Assembly (NCBI GenBank): GCA_048634245.1
Contig: JAIWAR010000001.1
Coordinates: forward strand, 13,889-77,888
Direction: 5' to 3'
DNA length: 64,000 nt
Source: Methanosarcinales archaeon
GTDB taxonomy: Bacteria > Omnitrophota > Gorgyraeia > Duberdicusellales > 4484-171
The translations under genes and the position numbers were made by a program. A model generated the notes under the pieces. That model was not told the origin of the DNA. It saw nothing but the letters and a program-made list of their open reading frames with translations, and did not search any database. Positions 28,214 to 37,511 of this stretch are shown in pieces; the stretch's first letter is position 1, and each line of letters opens with the position of its first letter.

Positions 28214-30148
28214 ATGGCTAATAAGAATAATATTTATGGTAATTTTTTAAAGGGCCTTCAGGTAGCTCTTACCAATACTTCGGTCTATTTTAAAGAACAC
28301 CCTTTTTTTGTAAGGTCTGTAGAGAACTTACGAAAGAATATTGATGAGCTTTTATTGTCAGTAAATCCTTTAATAATGGGTGTTACCTCAGATTCTTTAT
28401 CCTTTGGTGAGGAATATTTAAAAGGAGAAAAAGTATACGAAAAAATAGCTGTTTTTTTTCACCGCCGAAAGGTAAAGGTGATAAGGTTTAATCAAGGAGT
28501 GCGCAACGAGGAATTAATTACTTTTCTTACCAACGCGAATTTATCACCTAAAGATATTTTGTTAAGGGGAGGGCTAAGCAGTATTTTAAGAGAAGCCCGT
28601 CTTGAGCACATTGTAGTTGAAGATTTGGATTATTCACAGCTTTTAAAGGGTAATGATGGGGAAGAATCTAGCGATATCTGGTTATATTTACTGAAGAAGA
28701 GCCTTACCCAGGGTGATTTTAAGAAAATAGACGAGCTGGCTGACGGTTTTCAAAAAGTATTAACGGGGTTTCAAGTCAAAGATTTGGCGGATAGCGAAGA
28801 GATAAAAGGGAATATCAATGAACTTTTCAGTTATCTTAAAAATAAAGATAAGAGCAGGTTTTCTCAATGTTCAAAGGCTTTAACAAGGGCGATTTTAAAG
28901 AGTGGAGGCCGATTAAAAAAAGGTGAGGTTGATAAGTTGAGAATATTCTTGAAGGATTTAAACGCGGAAGATATTTCCAGTGTTTTACTGGAGCAATTTC
29001 AGGGTAAAGGTGAATTAGATCCTTTAAGCCTTAATTTATTTTCCAAACTCATTAACAAAGGAAAGCATGAAGAAGTTGCCGTGTCTTTAGCCAAGAGTTT
29101 AGAAGATGATGAGAGGTTAACGAAAAATACCAAGGTAGCAGCCGGTATTAGAGAGCTGATCTTTTTGCCGGATTCCTCAACCTACGAATCAAAAATTTAC
29201 CATGACCGCCTGGCTTCGATTTTAGGAAATATTACTCTGGGTGCGGGTTTATCTTTTGACCGCAGCCATGTTGAAGGAAACTACCGTCTTATTCTCCTTG
29301 ATTTATTTATCTTAGAACTAAGCTCAAAGAGGCTGGGGCTGGTTCTAGATAGCATTTTGCATGAGCTTGATAAGGTGCCGGAAGAGGCAAGCCCGGAATA
29401 TGTGGAAAGTTTCATAAAAGCGTTGAAGGAAAAGAAGAAAAAAACACCGGAATTTAATTCTCTTTTTCCGGAAGTAAATAAACACATAGCTGCTTTTGCG
29501 GAAAAAGTCATCCTTAGCCAAGATCGCTTTTCGGATCCGGAGGCCTTAATAGATATTATAGATTCCAGCAGCGAGGGAGCAGAATTTTATCTGGATAAAA
29601 TATTTAAGGAAGATAAAGTTAGTCCTTATATTCTAAAATTATTTTTTAAGCTTTTCCCGGACCAACTACCGCTTTTCTGCCAAAATTTTGACAAAAAGAT
29701 TTCTAATATCCGGTTTGTTGAAAAAATTATGGAAAATTTGTTTACTCTGAAGCCGGCTTTGAGCCTTGAGATTCTTAAGCACATCTTTTCTTTGTCCAAT
29801 GGCTTTTTAAAGGTAGAGGCTTTGAAAAAAATGAAAGAATTACATTTAGAGGACGAGGGACTTTTGCTTTCTGTTCTTGATAAAGGAGATTTTTTGCAGC
29901 GCAAGCAAGCCCTTTTAGCTATGCTTGGTAATTCTTTTTTGCTCTCTAAAGCCGCCGGAATGCTTCTGGCCATTTCCAATCCTTTGGGATTGAAGAGCAA
30001 GGTTATTGAAAAAAATTTAAAGCTTATAGGCGAAATTCCTTTTTCCCAAGCCAAGGTGTATTTACATGCGTTAAGTAAATATAAGTTTTTTTGGAATAGG
30101 AGTATAAGAAGAAAGGCTAAAAAGATTTTAGAGAAAAATGGAATTTGA
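28214..30148 (+). CDS. Alpha-helical repeat protein with an N-terminal domain paralogous to that of the downstream HD-GYP protein; function unknown
   Basis: N-terminal ~100 aa alignable with the N-terminus of 30138..31475 (FLK.L......Y..EH..F..S...). The remainder is helical and Leu/Lys-rich. Overlaps the next gene by 11 nt. Confidence 0.5.
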   Translation: MANKNNIYGNFLKGLQVALTNTSVYFKEHPFFVRSVENLRKNIDELLLSVNPLIMGVTSDSLSFGEEYLKGEKVYEKIAVFFHRRKVKVIRFNQGVRNEELITFLTNANLSPKDILLRGGLSSILREARLEHIVVEDLDYSQLLKGNDGEESSDIWLYLLKKSLTQGDFKKIDELADGFQKVLTGFQVKDLADSEEIKGNINELFSYLKNKDKSRFSQCSKALTRAILKSGGRLKKGEVDKLRIFLKDLNAEDISSVLLEQFQGKGELDPLSLNLFSKLINKGKHEEVAVSLAKSLEDDERLTKNTKVAAGIRELIFLPDSSTYESKIYHDRLASILGNITLGAGLSFDRSHVEGNYRLILLDLFILELSSKRLGLVLDSILHELDKVPEEASPEYVESFIKALKEKKKKTPEFNSLFPEVNKHIAAFAEKVILSQDRFSDPEALIDIIDSSSEGAEFYLDKIFKEDKVSPYILKLFFKLFPDQLPLFCQNFDKKISNIRFVEKIMENLFTLKPALSLEILKHIFSLSNGFLKVEALKKMKELHLEDEGLLLSVLDKGDFLQRKQALLAMLGNSFLLSKAAGMLLAISNPLGLKSKVIEKNLKLIGEIPFSQAKVYLHALSKYKFFWNRSIRRKAKKILEKNGI

Positions 30149-31475
30149 AAGGATTGAACTTTTTTTAAAGAATCTAATGTCTTCCTGGGGGGCGGCTCGG
30201 GTGTACGGCACTGAACACAAGCTGTTCATAGGGTCTCTTGATGCGGTTTGTGATAGCTTAACGGCTGAATTGGCTGATAAAGATGAGCTGGTTATAGGCA
30301 TATTGGGCCAGGAGTTAGCTAGTGGTGAGAATATATTTTTTGAATTAAGTAAAAAAACAGTTCAGTCTGTTGAACACCTAAAGAAGATAAATATTGAGAA
30401 AATAACCTTTCATAGGGGTATAACCAAAGAAGAGTTAAGCAAATTTATTTCTTTTCTCATCACTCCGGCAGAAAAAATACAATCTGCGCCTCAAGAGTAT
30501 TCGTTAGCATTAGGAATAAGAAATATTGAGGTGAATAAAATTAAAGCTCCCGCAGAGAGTTCTTTTGGCCGGAGCGAAGCAGAAAAAATCGAATTTGTAT
30601 GCTATAAAAATTGCCTGCAAAAGCTTTCTCAGTCTTTCGAAGCCTTAGTTAGCGATGATGCGGTTGATAATTTGAGTTTAAGATTTATTGTTAAGGATAT
30701 TATGGAAAACTTAAGCGGTAAGTATCAGATTTTTTCTAAACTTAGGCAGACAAAGAGCTATGATATGAGTACTTTTATGCACCTTTTAAATGTAAGCATT
30801 CTTTCAATTTATTTTTCGCATGAACTGGGGTTTTCCCGTGATGATTGTCTGAGTATTGGTATTGCCGGGTTATTCCATGATATTGGTAAGCTTTATATTG
30901 CTAAGAAAATACTTCAGAAAAAGGATAAATTAAGCGAAGAAGAGTTTGATAGAGTGAAGAACCACTCCACCCTCGGCGCAGAAATTCTCTTGAGGCATGT
31001 AGATACTTTAACAACTCTGCCGGTAGTGGTTGCTTTTGAGCATCATTTGAGGTACGATTTAGGAGGTTATCCTAAGCTGTTTTTTCGGCATAAACTCCAC
31101 ATAGCTTCTTCAATTATTACGATATGTGATGTTTATGATGCCCTTACGTTGAGAAGGTCTTATAAGCGGGATTATTCTCCCGAGAGGATTTATGAGATAA
31201 TGATGAAAGATAAGGGTAAGAGGTTTGACCCTCGTCTTTTGGATAAATTTTTTAAGGTAATGGGAGTTTGGCCTATAGGGACAATCGTTGAGCTTACAGA
31301 CACAAGGGTAGGGATTGTAAGAAGCCAGAATGAAGATGATATGTTTTCTCCGGTGGTCGAGACGGTTAACGGAGTTAAAGATGAGCACATAAATTTGAAG
31401 ATTAAAAAAGAGATAAAGATAAAACACTCGCTTAATCCCTTAGGAAAAGGTAAAGAGTACCTTAATTTGATTTAG
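30138..31475 (+). CDS. HD-GYP domain phosphodiesterase (c-di-GMP family) with an N-terminal domain of unknown function
   Basis: HD motif (LFHDIGK) and HHLRYDLGGYPK (the HD-GYP signature). Confidence 0.8.
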   Translation: MEFERIELFLKNLMSSWGAARVYGTEHKLFIGSLDAVCDSLTAELADKDELVIGILGQELASGENIFFELSKKTVQSVEHLKKINIEKITFHRGITKEELSKFISFLITPAEKIQSAPQEYSLALGIRNIEVNKIKAPAESSFGRSEAEKIEFVCYKNCLQKLSQSFEALVSDDAVDNLSLRFIVKDIMENLSGKYQIFSKLRQTKSYDMSTFMHLLNVSILSIYFSHELGFSRDDCLSIGIAGLFHDIGKLYIAKKILQKKDKLSEEEFDRVKNHSTLGAEILLRHVDTLTTLPVVVAFEHHLRYDLGGYPKLFFRHKLHIASSIITICDVYDALTLRRSYKRDYSPERIYEIMMKDKGKRFDPRLLDKFFKVMGVWPIGTIVELTDTRVGIVRSQNEDDMFSPVVETVNGVKDEHINLKIKKEIKIKHSLNPLGKGKEYLNLI

Positions 31476-31479
31476 GTAA

Positions 31480-32598
31480 ATGAAAAAGAAAGTTCATATT
31501 TTTCATATTTCGGAATTTGGGGGACATAACAAAGCGGCCCAAAATTTGAAAGAAGCTCTTCTTTATAAGAATCCTCAAATAGATGTTTTAAGCCTAAACG
31601 GATTAGGCTATTTTTACCCCCGGGGGGAGAAAGTAGTCAACTCTATTTATACTACAGTCATAAAACACTTTCCATATCTTTGGGGCAGCATTTATGACCG
31701 TCGCAAAGTGATAAAGACCCTGACTCCTTACCGTAAATTAATAAATAGATTTGCTTTTTCCCGATTCAGTAAGCTTATATCCCGATATCCGCCGGATTGT
31801 TTTGTGGCTACTCAGGCTTTTCCTTGCGGTTTGATTGCTGATTTTAAAGAGAGGGAGGCTTTGGACATTCCTTTAGTCGCGATAGTAACCGATTACCATC
31901 CTCATCGTTTCTGGGTTCATCCTTGCGTTGACCGGTATATTGTTGCCTGCGGCGAGGCAAAAGATGTTTTGATCAGGGAAGGCGTGGATAAAGAAAAGAT
32001 AAAAATACTGGGAATACCCATATCAGTAAAATTTTTAACCACTTATCCTAAGAAGCAGATAGCTCAGGAATTAGGTTTTGTGAGTGGTTTAGATTCTGTA
32101 TTGATAATGGGGGGTGGATTAGGCATCGGGCCAATAAAAAGTATTGCTAAAAAATTAGATTCCCTTTCGCATAGTTTTCAGATTATAGTAGTGTGCGGCC
32201 AAAATGAAAAACTTCGTAAGTGGTTTATTAAAAACAAGGCAAAATTCAAAAAACCGATTTTTGTTTTTGGGTATACGGAAAATATTCATAAAATAATGGA
32301 TTTTTCAGATATGATTATTACTAAAGGCGGAGGCATAACAATTTCGGAGGCTTTAGCTAAAGGTTTATGTATAATTGTTACTCACCCAATTCCCGGCCAA
32401 GAAGAAAGAAACCTCACCTATCTTTCTAAAATGCAGGCAGTGGTAGATGTCAAGCTTGCTAAAGATATAGGGGGGATTGTCGATTGGTTACTTCAAAATA
32501 AGAAAAAAATGTATTTTTTAAGAGAAAAGGCTAAAGAAAACTCTTTTATTGATTCTTCTTTGAGAATAGTTGATTTGATTTTAGAATTAATAAGTTAA
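31480..32598 (+). CDS. MGDG-synthase-like (GT28) diacylglycerol glycosyltransferase
   Basis: N-terminal HIFHISEFGGHNKAAQNLKEAL (MGDG_synth motif) plus a C-terminal GT28 domain. Confidence 0.75.
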   Translation: MKKKVHIFHISEFGGHNKAAQNLKEALLYKNPQIDVLSLNGLGYFYPRGEKVVNSIYTTVIKHFPYLWGSIYDRRKVIKTLTPYRKLINRFAFSRFSKLISRYPPDCFVATQAFPCGLIADFKEREALDIPLVAIVTDYHPHRFWVHPCVDRYIVACGEAKDVLIREGVDKEKIKILGIPISVKFLTTYPKKQIAQELGFVSGLDSVLIMGGGLGIGPIKSIAKKLDSLSHSFQIIVVCGQNEKLRKWFIKNKAKFKKPIFVFGYTENIHKIMDFSDMIITKGGGITISEALAKGLCIIVTHPIPGQEERNLTYLSKMQAVVDVKLAKDIGGIVDWLLQNKKKMYFLREKAKENSFIDSSLRIVDLILELIS

Positions 32599-33446
32599 TG
32601 TATTATCTCTATCTCTTCGGCAAAGCAATAACTTCAATTCTTCCCCGAAATTTTTGTTATCTATCTGCCAGATTTATCGCGGTAGCTCATTATTATCTTT
32701 CCAAAAAGGACCGTGAAGCGGTAATTTATAATCTTTCTCCAGTGGTTGAGGATAAGAGTAAATTAAAAAATTATGCCCGGAATGTATTTGTCAACTTTGC
32801 TTATTACCTGGTAGATTTTTTTCGCTATTCAAAGCTAAACCGGAATTTTATAAAAAGATATGTAAAGATAAGCGGCCGCCAGAATCTGGAAATGGCTTTA
32901 GGAAAGGGAAAGGGAGTTATTGTCCTTGCCGCTCATTTAGGAAATTATGAACTAGCCGGAGCAATTTTGGCTCTTTTAGGTTACCCTCTTTCGGTAGTCG
33001 CGCTTTCACATAAAGATAAGCGAATAAATAGATTTTTTGATAACCAGCGTCAAAGAACGGGGATAAAAGTAATTCCTACAGGAGCAGCTATCCGCGGCTG
33101 CTTTTCTGCTCTTAAACGGGGAGACATGCTTGCTCTTTTAGGGGATAAGAATTTTTCCGGCCAGGGCGTAAAGCTCGAAATGTTTTCTAAATATGCTTAT
33201 TTTCCCCGGGGAATATCCTTTTTCGCTTTAAAAGCTAAAGCACCTATTGTTTCTATTGTTTTAGTTCGTGAGAATAAGTATTTTTATCATCTGATTATCA
33301 GCGAAGCTATTCCTTACAGTTTGGATGAACAAGATGAGACAGTCGTAATTAAGCAATGCAACAAGGTGTTAGAAAAATACATAAAAAAATATCCTCAGCA
33401 GTGGTATATGTTTCAGAAGCACTGGCTAGACAAGGAGAAAAGGTAA
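32598..33446 (+). CDS. Lysophospholipid / lipid A-type acyltransferase (LPLAT, HtrB-like)
   Basis: AHLGNYELAG HX4D-like acyltransferase motif. N-terminal membrane anchor. Confidence 0.7.
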   Translation: MYYLYLFGKAITSILPRNFCYLSARFIAVAHYYLSKKDREAVIYNLSPVVEDKSKLKNYARNVFVNFAYYLVDFFRYSKLNRNFIKRYVKISGRQNLEMALGKGKGVIVLAAHLGNYELAGAILALLGYPLSVVALSHKDKRINRFFDNQRQRTGIKVIPTGAAIRGCFSALKRGDMLALLGDKNFSGQGVKLEMFSKYAYFPRGISFFALKAKAPIVSIVLVRENKYFYHLIISEAIPYSLDEQDETVVIKQCNKVLEKYIKKYPQQWYMFQKHWLDKEKR

Positions 33447-33449
33447 AGA

Positions 33450-34133
33450 ATGAAGGATGATGCGGAGGGAATGAGAGTCTGGGTGATAATTCCCGCTTAC
33501 AATGAGAGATTTAGTTTAGCTGGTATTTTGGAAGAACTAAAGAACAAGAATCTTTCCGTTTTGGTAGTGGATGATGGCTCAATAGATAATACCTACGAAG
33601 TAGCCAAAAACAAGGCTGATTCTGTTATTAGGAATGATAAGAATTTAGGCAAAGGGGTATCCTTGAAAAAAGGAGTTGAGTATCTTCTCAAAAAAACTAA
33701 CTTTGAGTATTTAATTACCATGGATGCTGATGGCCAGCACTCACCTTCAGATTTAGATGAATTTTTTCAGCAAGCATCCTCCGGAGCGCATTTTGTTGTT
33801 GGCAACCGGATGTCTAACCATTTGGGGATGCCGGGATTACGGGTTATCACTAATAAGTTTATGTCTTGGTTTATTTCCCGGATATCCGGGCAGAGGATAC
33901 CGGATACTCAGTGTGGTTTCCGTCTGATTAAGAGAGAAGTTTTGGAGAAGATAAGAATAAATACGAATAATTTTGAGATTGAATCCGAAATTCTTATAAA
34001 AGCTGCCCGGTTGGGTTTTTCCATAAAGAGCATACCGGTAAAGAGTATTTATTTTAAAAGTTTGCGCAGCAGAATAAATCCTTTTGTGGATACAATAAGG
34101 TTTATAAAATTTATTTTACAATTAAAGAAATGA
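33450..34133 (+). CDS. Family 2 glycosyltransferase (Dpm1-like)
   Basis: VVDDGSIDNT and DADGQH motifs. Confidence 0.8.
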   Translation: MKDDAEGMRVWVIIPAYNERFSLAGILEELKNKNLSVLVVDDGSIDNTYEVAKNKADSVIRNDKNLGKGVSLKKGVEYLLKKTNFEYLITMDADGQHSPSDLDEFFQQASSGAHFVVGNRMSNHLGMPGLRVITNKFMSWFISRISGQRIPDTQCGFRLIKREVLEKIRINTNNFEIESEILIKAARLGFSIKSIPVKSIYFKSLRSRINPFVDTIRFIKFILQLKK

Positions 34134-34780
34134 AAAAAGATTCTTTTGCCGGTTTAAGAGAAGAAATGGTTTCTTATCAAATTCTTAACCGGGGAATTAA
34201 TGATGAGAAGGTTTTGGAAGCTTTTCGGAATATCCCTCGTCATCTTTTTGTTCCTGAAGATCAAAAGAGGCTTTCCTATAGTGATTCACCTCTTCCTGTT
34301 GGCTGCGGTCAGACTATTTCTCAGCCCTACATGGTGGCTTTAATGACTTTGCATTTAAACCTCAGCCCGGGGATGTCAGTTTTAGAGATAGGAACCGGCA
34401 GCGGCTATCAGGCGGCAATCCTTGCTTTTTTAGGAGCTCAGGTTTATACTGTGGAAAGGTTTTCTTCTTTGGCGAAAAAAGCAAAGAAAGTCCTGAATTC
34501 TTTAAGTATAGAGGTTGAGATGAAAGTTGGGGACGGGACTTTAGGCTGGCTTGAACATTCTCCTTATGACCGAATAATTGTTACTGCCGGCTCTCCCCGG
34601 ATACCGGCACCGTTTATCGAACAGCTTAAGATAGGGGGAAGGATGATAATTCCAAAGGGTGTGAGATTCCATCAGAATTTAATTGTAGCAGATAAGATTT
34701 CTCAAGATAAAATAAATGAAAAGCAGGTTTGTGAATGTATATTTGTTCCTTTAATAGGTGAGCATGGTTGGGGTGAATGA
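34130..34780 (+). CDS. pcm: Protein-L-isoaspartate O-methyltransferase
   Basis: VLEIGTGSGYQAAILA SAM-binding motif. PIMT family length. Confidence 0.9.
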   Translation: MKKDSFAGLREEMVSYQILNRGINDEKVLEAFRNIPRHLFVPEDQKRLSYSDSPLPVGCGQTISQPYMVALMTLHLNLSPGMSVLEIGTGSGYQAAILAFLGAQVYTVERFSSLAKKAKKVLNSLSIEVEMKVGDGTLGWLEHSPYDRIIVTAGSPRIPAPFIEQLKIGGRMIIPKGVRFHQNLIVADKISQDKINEKQVCECIFVPLIGEHGWGE

Positions 34781-35225
34781 GCTTAAAGTAATTGGGGTAG
34801 CGGCTTTACCCATTTTTGAGCTGCGCGGTGCTATTCCTCTGGGAGTGTCTTTAGGTATGCCCTTAGGACGTATCTACTTTTTGTCTCTTTTAGGTAATTT
34901 AATTCCCGTTCTACCTTTATTATTACTCTTTAAATATTTTTTTCATCATTTACAGAATATAAAATTCGTCGGTAAGTTTTTTGAGTGGTGGTTTTACAGG
35001 GTAGAGAAAAAGTCAAAGCTTGTTGAGCGTTGGGGTTTTTGGGGTTTAGTCCTTTTTGTGGCAATACCAATGCCGGTAACCGGAGCCTGGACCGGAACGG
35101 CAGCGGCAACGTTATTTGAGCTGTCAACGAGAAAAGCCTTTTTGGCGATCTTAATAGGTGTTGCTATCGCCGGGATAATAGTAAGTTTAGTGGCTAATTG
35201 CGCGGGGGCATTGATAGCCGGGTGA
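34758..35225 (+). CDS. Small polytopic membrane protein (COG2426-like)
   Basis: Four predicted TM helices. PIFELRGAIPLG motif. Confidence 0.5.
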   Translation: MSMVGVNELKVIGVAALPIFELRGAIPLGVSLGMPLGRIYFLSLLGNLIPVLPLLLLFKYFFHHLQNIKFVGKFFEWWFYRVEKKSKLVERWGFWGLVLFVAIPMPVTGAWTGTAAATLFELSTRKAFLAILIGVAIAGIIVSLVANCAGALIAG

Positions 35226-36073
35226 ATTGTAAAATGGCAGAAATAGTAGAGAAAAGAATCTTAGTCGATAGTTTAGGGGTAAGAATTATCCAATTGAAGG
35301 TAAGAGCTCCTTCTATTGCTGAAAAAGCAAAACCAGGCCAGTTTGTGGTTCTGATGACGGGCGAGGAAGGAGAAAGGATACCGTTAACTGTGGTTGAGGG
35401 GGACACAAAGAAGGGTGTTATTACCTTAATTGTTCAAGAAGCGGGGTTAACTACCAAGCTTTTAGGCGCTTTAGAGGTGGGAAAATCCCTTTACGCTTTA
35501 GTCGGCCCCCTAGGACATGCCACTGAGATGAAAAAATACGGAAAAGTAATTTTGGTGGGAGGCGGAGTTGGCATTGCCGAGATTTATCCCGTAGCAAAAG
35601 GGCTGAATAAAGCTGGAAATCACATAACTACTATATTAGGAGCAAGGACAAAAGATCTGTTAATTCTGGAAGAAGAGTTAGGGGCGATATCCGATCAGTT
35701 GCTTATTGCTACCGATGATGGTTCTTATGGGCAAAAAGGCTTTACCACTGATATCCTGAAGAATCTTCTCTATCGACTATCGACTATCGACTATCGACTA
35801 ATTTACGCTGTCGGCCCTATTCCCATGATGAGAAATGTCTCTTTAGTTACTAAAGATTCAGGGATAAAAACTTTGGTATCTTTAAATTCTTTAATGGTTG
35901 ATGCTACCGGTATGTGCGGAAGCTGCCGGGTTACTGTGGGCGGTGAGGTTAAATTTACTTGCGTAGACGGTCCGGAATTTGACGCTTCTTTAGTTGATTG
36001 GGATGAATTAACCAAGAGAAATAAAATATACGCTGAAAAAGAAAAACATATCTGTAATCTTTATAAATTATGA
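35198..36073 (+). CDS. nfnA: NfnA / sulfide dehydrogenase beta-like (PyrK-family FAD/[2Fe-2S] subunit); start probably at MAEIVEK (35233)
   Basis: FNR-like fold with a C-terminal CGSC...C cluster motif. Paired with the downstream GltD-like gene. Contains the heptamer array at 35771..35800. Confidence 0.75.
   Translation: MRGGIDSRVNCKMAEIVEKRILVDSLGVRIIQLKVRAPSIAEKAKPGQFVVLMTGEEGERIPLTVVEGDTKKGVITLIVQEAGLTTKLLGALEVGKSLYALVGPLGHATEMKKYGKVILVGGGVGIAEIYPVAKGLNKAGNHITTILGARTKDLLILEEELGAISDQLLIATDDGSYGQKGFTTDILKNLLYRLSTIDYRLIYAVGPIPMMRNVSLVTKDSGIKTLVSLNSLMVDATGMCGSCRVTVGGEVKFTCVDGPEFDASLVDWDELTKRNKIYAEKEKHICNLYKL
35771..35800 (+). repeat. In-frame heptanucleotide array (TATCGAC)x4 plus TA inside nfnA
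   Basis: 29/30 identical to 110..139. Encodes YRLSTIDYRL in the same codon phase. Confidence 0.9.
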
Positions 36074-37491
36074 GAAAAGAACCGGTAAAAGTAAAAGAAG
36101 TAGATCCGGGCCTTCGGGTGGGCAATTTTGACGAGGTTGTCTTAGGCTACAGCGAGGAAGATGCTCTTATCGAAGCTAACCGGTGTATTCAGTGCAAGAA
36201 TCCTACTTGTATTGCCGGTTGTCCCGTGGCTATTGATATAAAAAAATTTATCTATCAAATTACTCAAAAAGACTATACCGGTGCTTACTTTACAATTAGA
36301 GAAAGGAATGATTTTCCTTCTATTTGCGGAAGGATTTGTCCGGCTGAATATCAATGCCGTAAAGCCTGTGTATTTAGCAAAAAGGGCCAGCCTTTTGCCT
36401 CTAAAGAAGCAATAAATATTCATTTGCTAGAGCGGTTTATTGGCGATTATGGGATAAAGCATTGTAGCCAGGCTCAACACTCAACGACTAACGCTCAACA
36501 TAACAAGAAAGTAGCAATCGTAGGTTCCGGGCCGGCTGGTTTGTGTGTAGCCGGAGAGCTAGGCCGTCAAGGTATAAAATCAATTATTTTTGAAGGACTG
36601 CATAAGACCGGAGGAGTTCTCAGATATGGTATACCGCCTTTTAGGCTGCCCCGGGATATTTTGGATTTTGAGATAGATTATCTTAAAAAGCTAGGGGTTG
36701 AATTTGCGCTTAATGTTATTATAGGGAGGACGAAGACTTTGGACGAACTCTTCTTGGATAATTTTTCAGCTGTGTTTCTAGGCTTGGGTGCCGGGGTGCC
36801 GTCTTTTTTAAAGATAAAGGGCGAGAACTTATGTAATGTTTATTCGGCTAATGAGTTTTTAACCCGCAATAATCTTATGTCGGCATATAAATTTCCTCAA
36901 TTTCATACTCCGATTAATGTCGGTGAGCATATAATTGTTATTGGCGGAGGCAATACCGCCATGGATGCGGCCAGAGTTGCTCTTCGTTTGCAGAAGATAA
37001 GAGGAATTAAACCGAATACTACAGTTTTTTACCGGCGTACTGAGACGGAGATGCCGGCAAGGCGCTTGGAAATAGAGCATGCTAAGGAAGAAGGTATAAA
37101 CTTTAAATTTTTAGTTCAGCCAAGAGGGTTTATTGGCGATGAGTCGGGATTTGTAAGGAAAATAGAGTGCTTAGAGTGCTATTTGGGCGAAGAAGATTCG
37201 TCGGGGAGAAGAAGGCCTGTGCCTATTGAGGGAAGTGAATTTATAAAAGATTGCGATGTGGCTATTGTAGCAGTTGGTTTGGGTGCAAATACTATTCTTA
37301 CCGGTGTTACTCCTCAATTGAAGGTTGATAAATATTCGGATTTAATAGTTGATTCTAAGACTATGCAGACTTCGCTTAAAGGTGTTTATGCCGGGGGAGA
37401 TATAGTTGGTGGTGAAGGCACTGTTATTGAAGCAATGGGCATGGCTAAGATTGCAGCCAAAAGTATTATCGGTTATCTTTTAAATAAATAA
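36070..37491 (+). CDS. nfnB: NfnB / glutamate synthase small-chain-like NADPH oxidoreductase (2x[4Fe-4S], FAD)
   Basis: CIQCKNPTCIAGCP ferredoxin-like cysteines. VAIVGSGPAGL dinucleotide-binding motif. GltD/SudA family. Confidence 0.8.
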   Translation: MRKEPVKVKEVDPGLRVGNFDEVVLGYSEEDALIEANRCIQCKNPTCIAGCPVAIDIKKFIYQITQKDYTGAYFTIRERNDFPSICGRICPAEYQCRKACVFSKKGQPFASKEAINIHLLERFIGDYGIKHCSQAQHSTTNAQHNKKVAIVGSGPAGLCVAGELGRQGIKSIIFEGLHKTGGVLRYGIPPFRLPRDILDFEIDYLKKLGVEFALNVIIGRTKTLDELFLDNFSAVFLGLGAGVPSFLKIKGENLCNVYSANEFLTRNNLMSAYKFPQFHTPINVGEHIIVIGGGNTAMDAARVALRLQKIRGIKPNTTVFYRRTETEMPARRLEIEHAKEEGINFKFLVQPRGFIGDESGFVRKIECLECYLGEEDSSGRRRPVPIEGSEFIKDCDVAIVAVGLGANTILTGVTPQLKVDKYSDLIVDSKTMQTSLKGVYAGGDIVGGEGTVIEAMGMAKIAAKSIIGYLLNK

Positions 37492-37511
37492 TAAAATAAA
37501 AGGTCTCCTTT

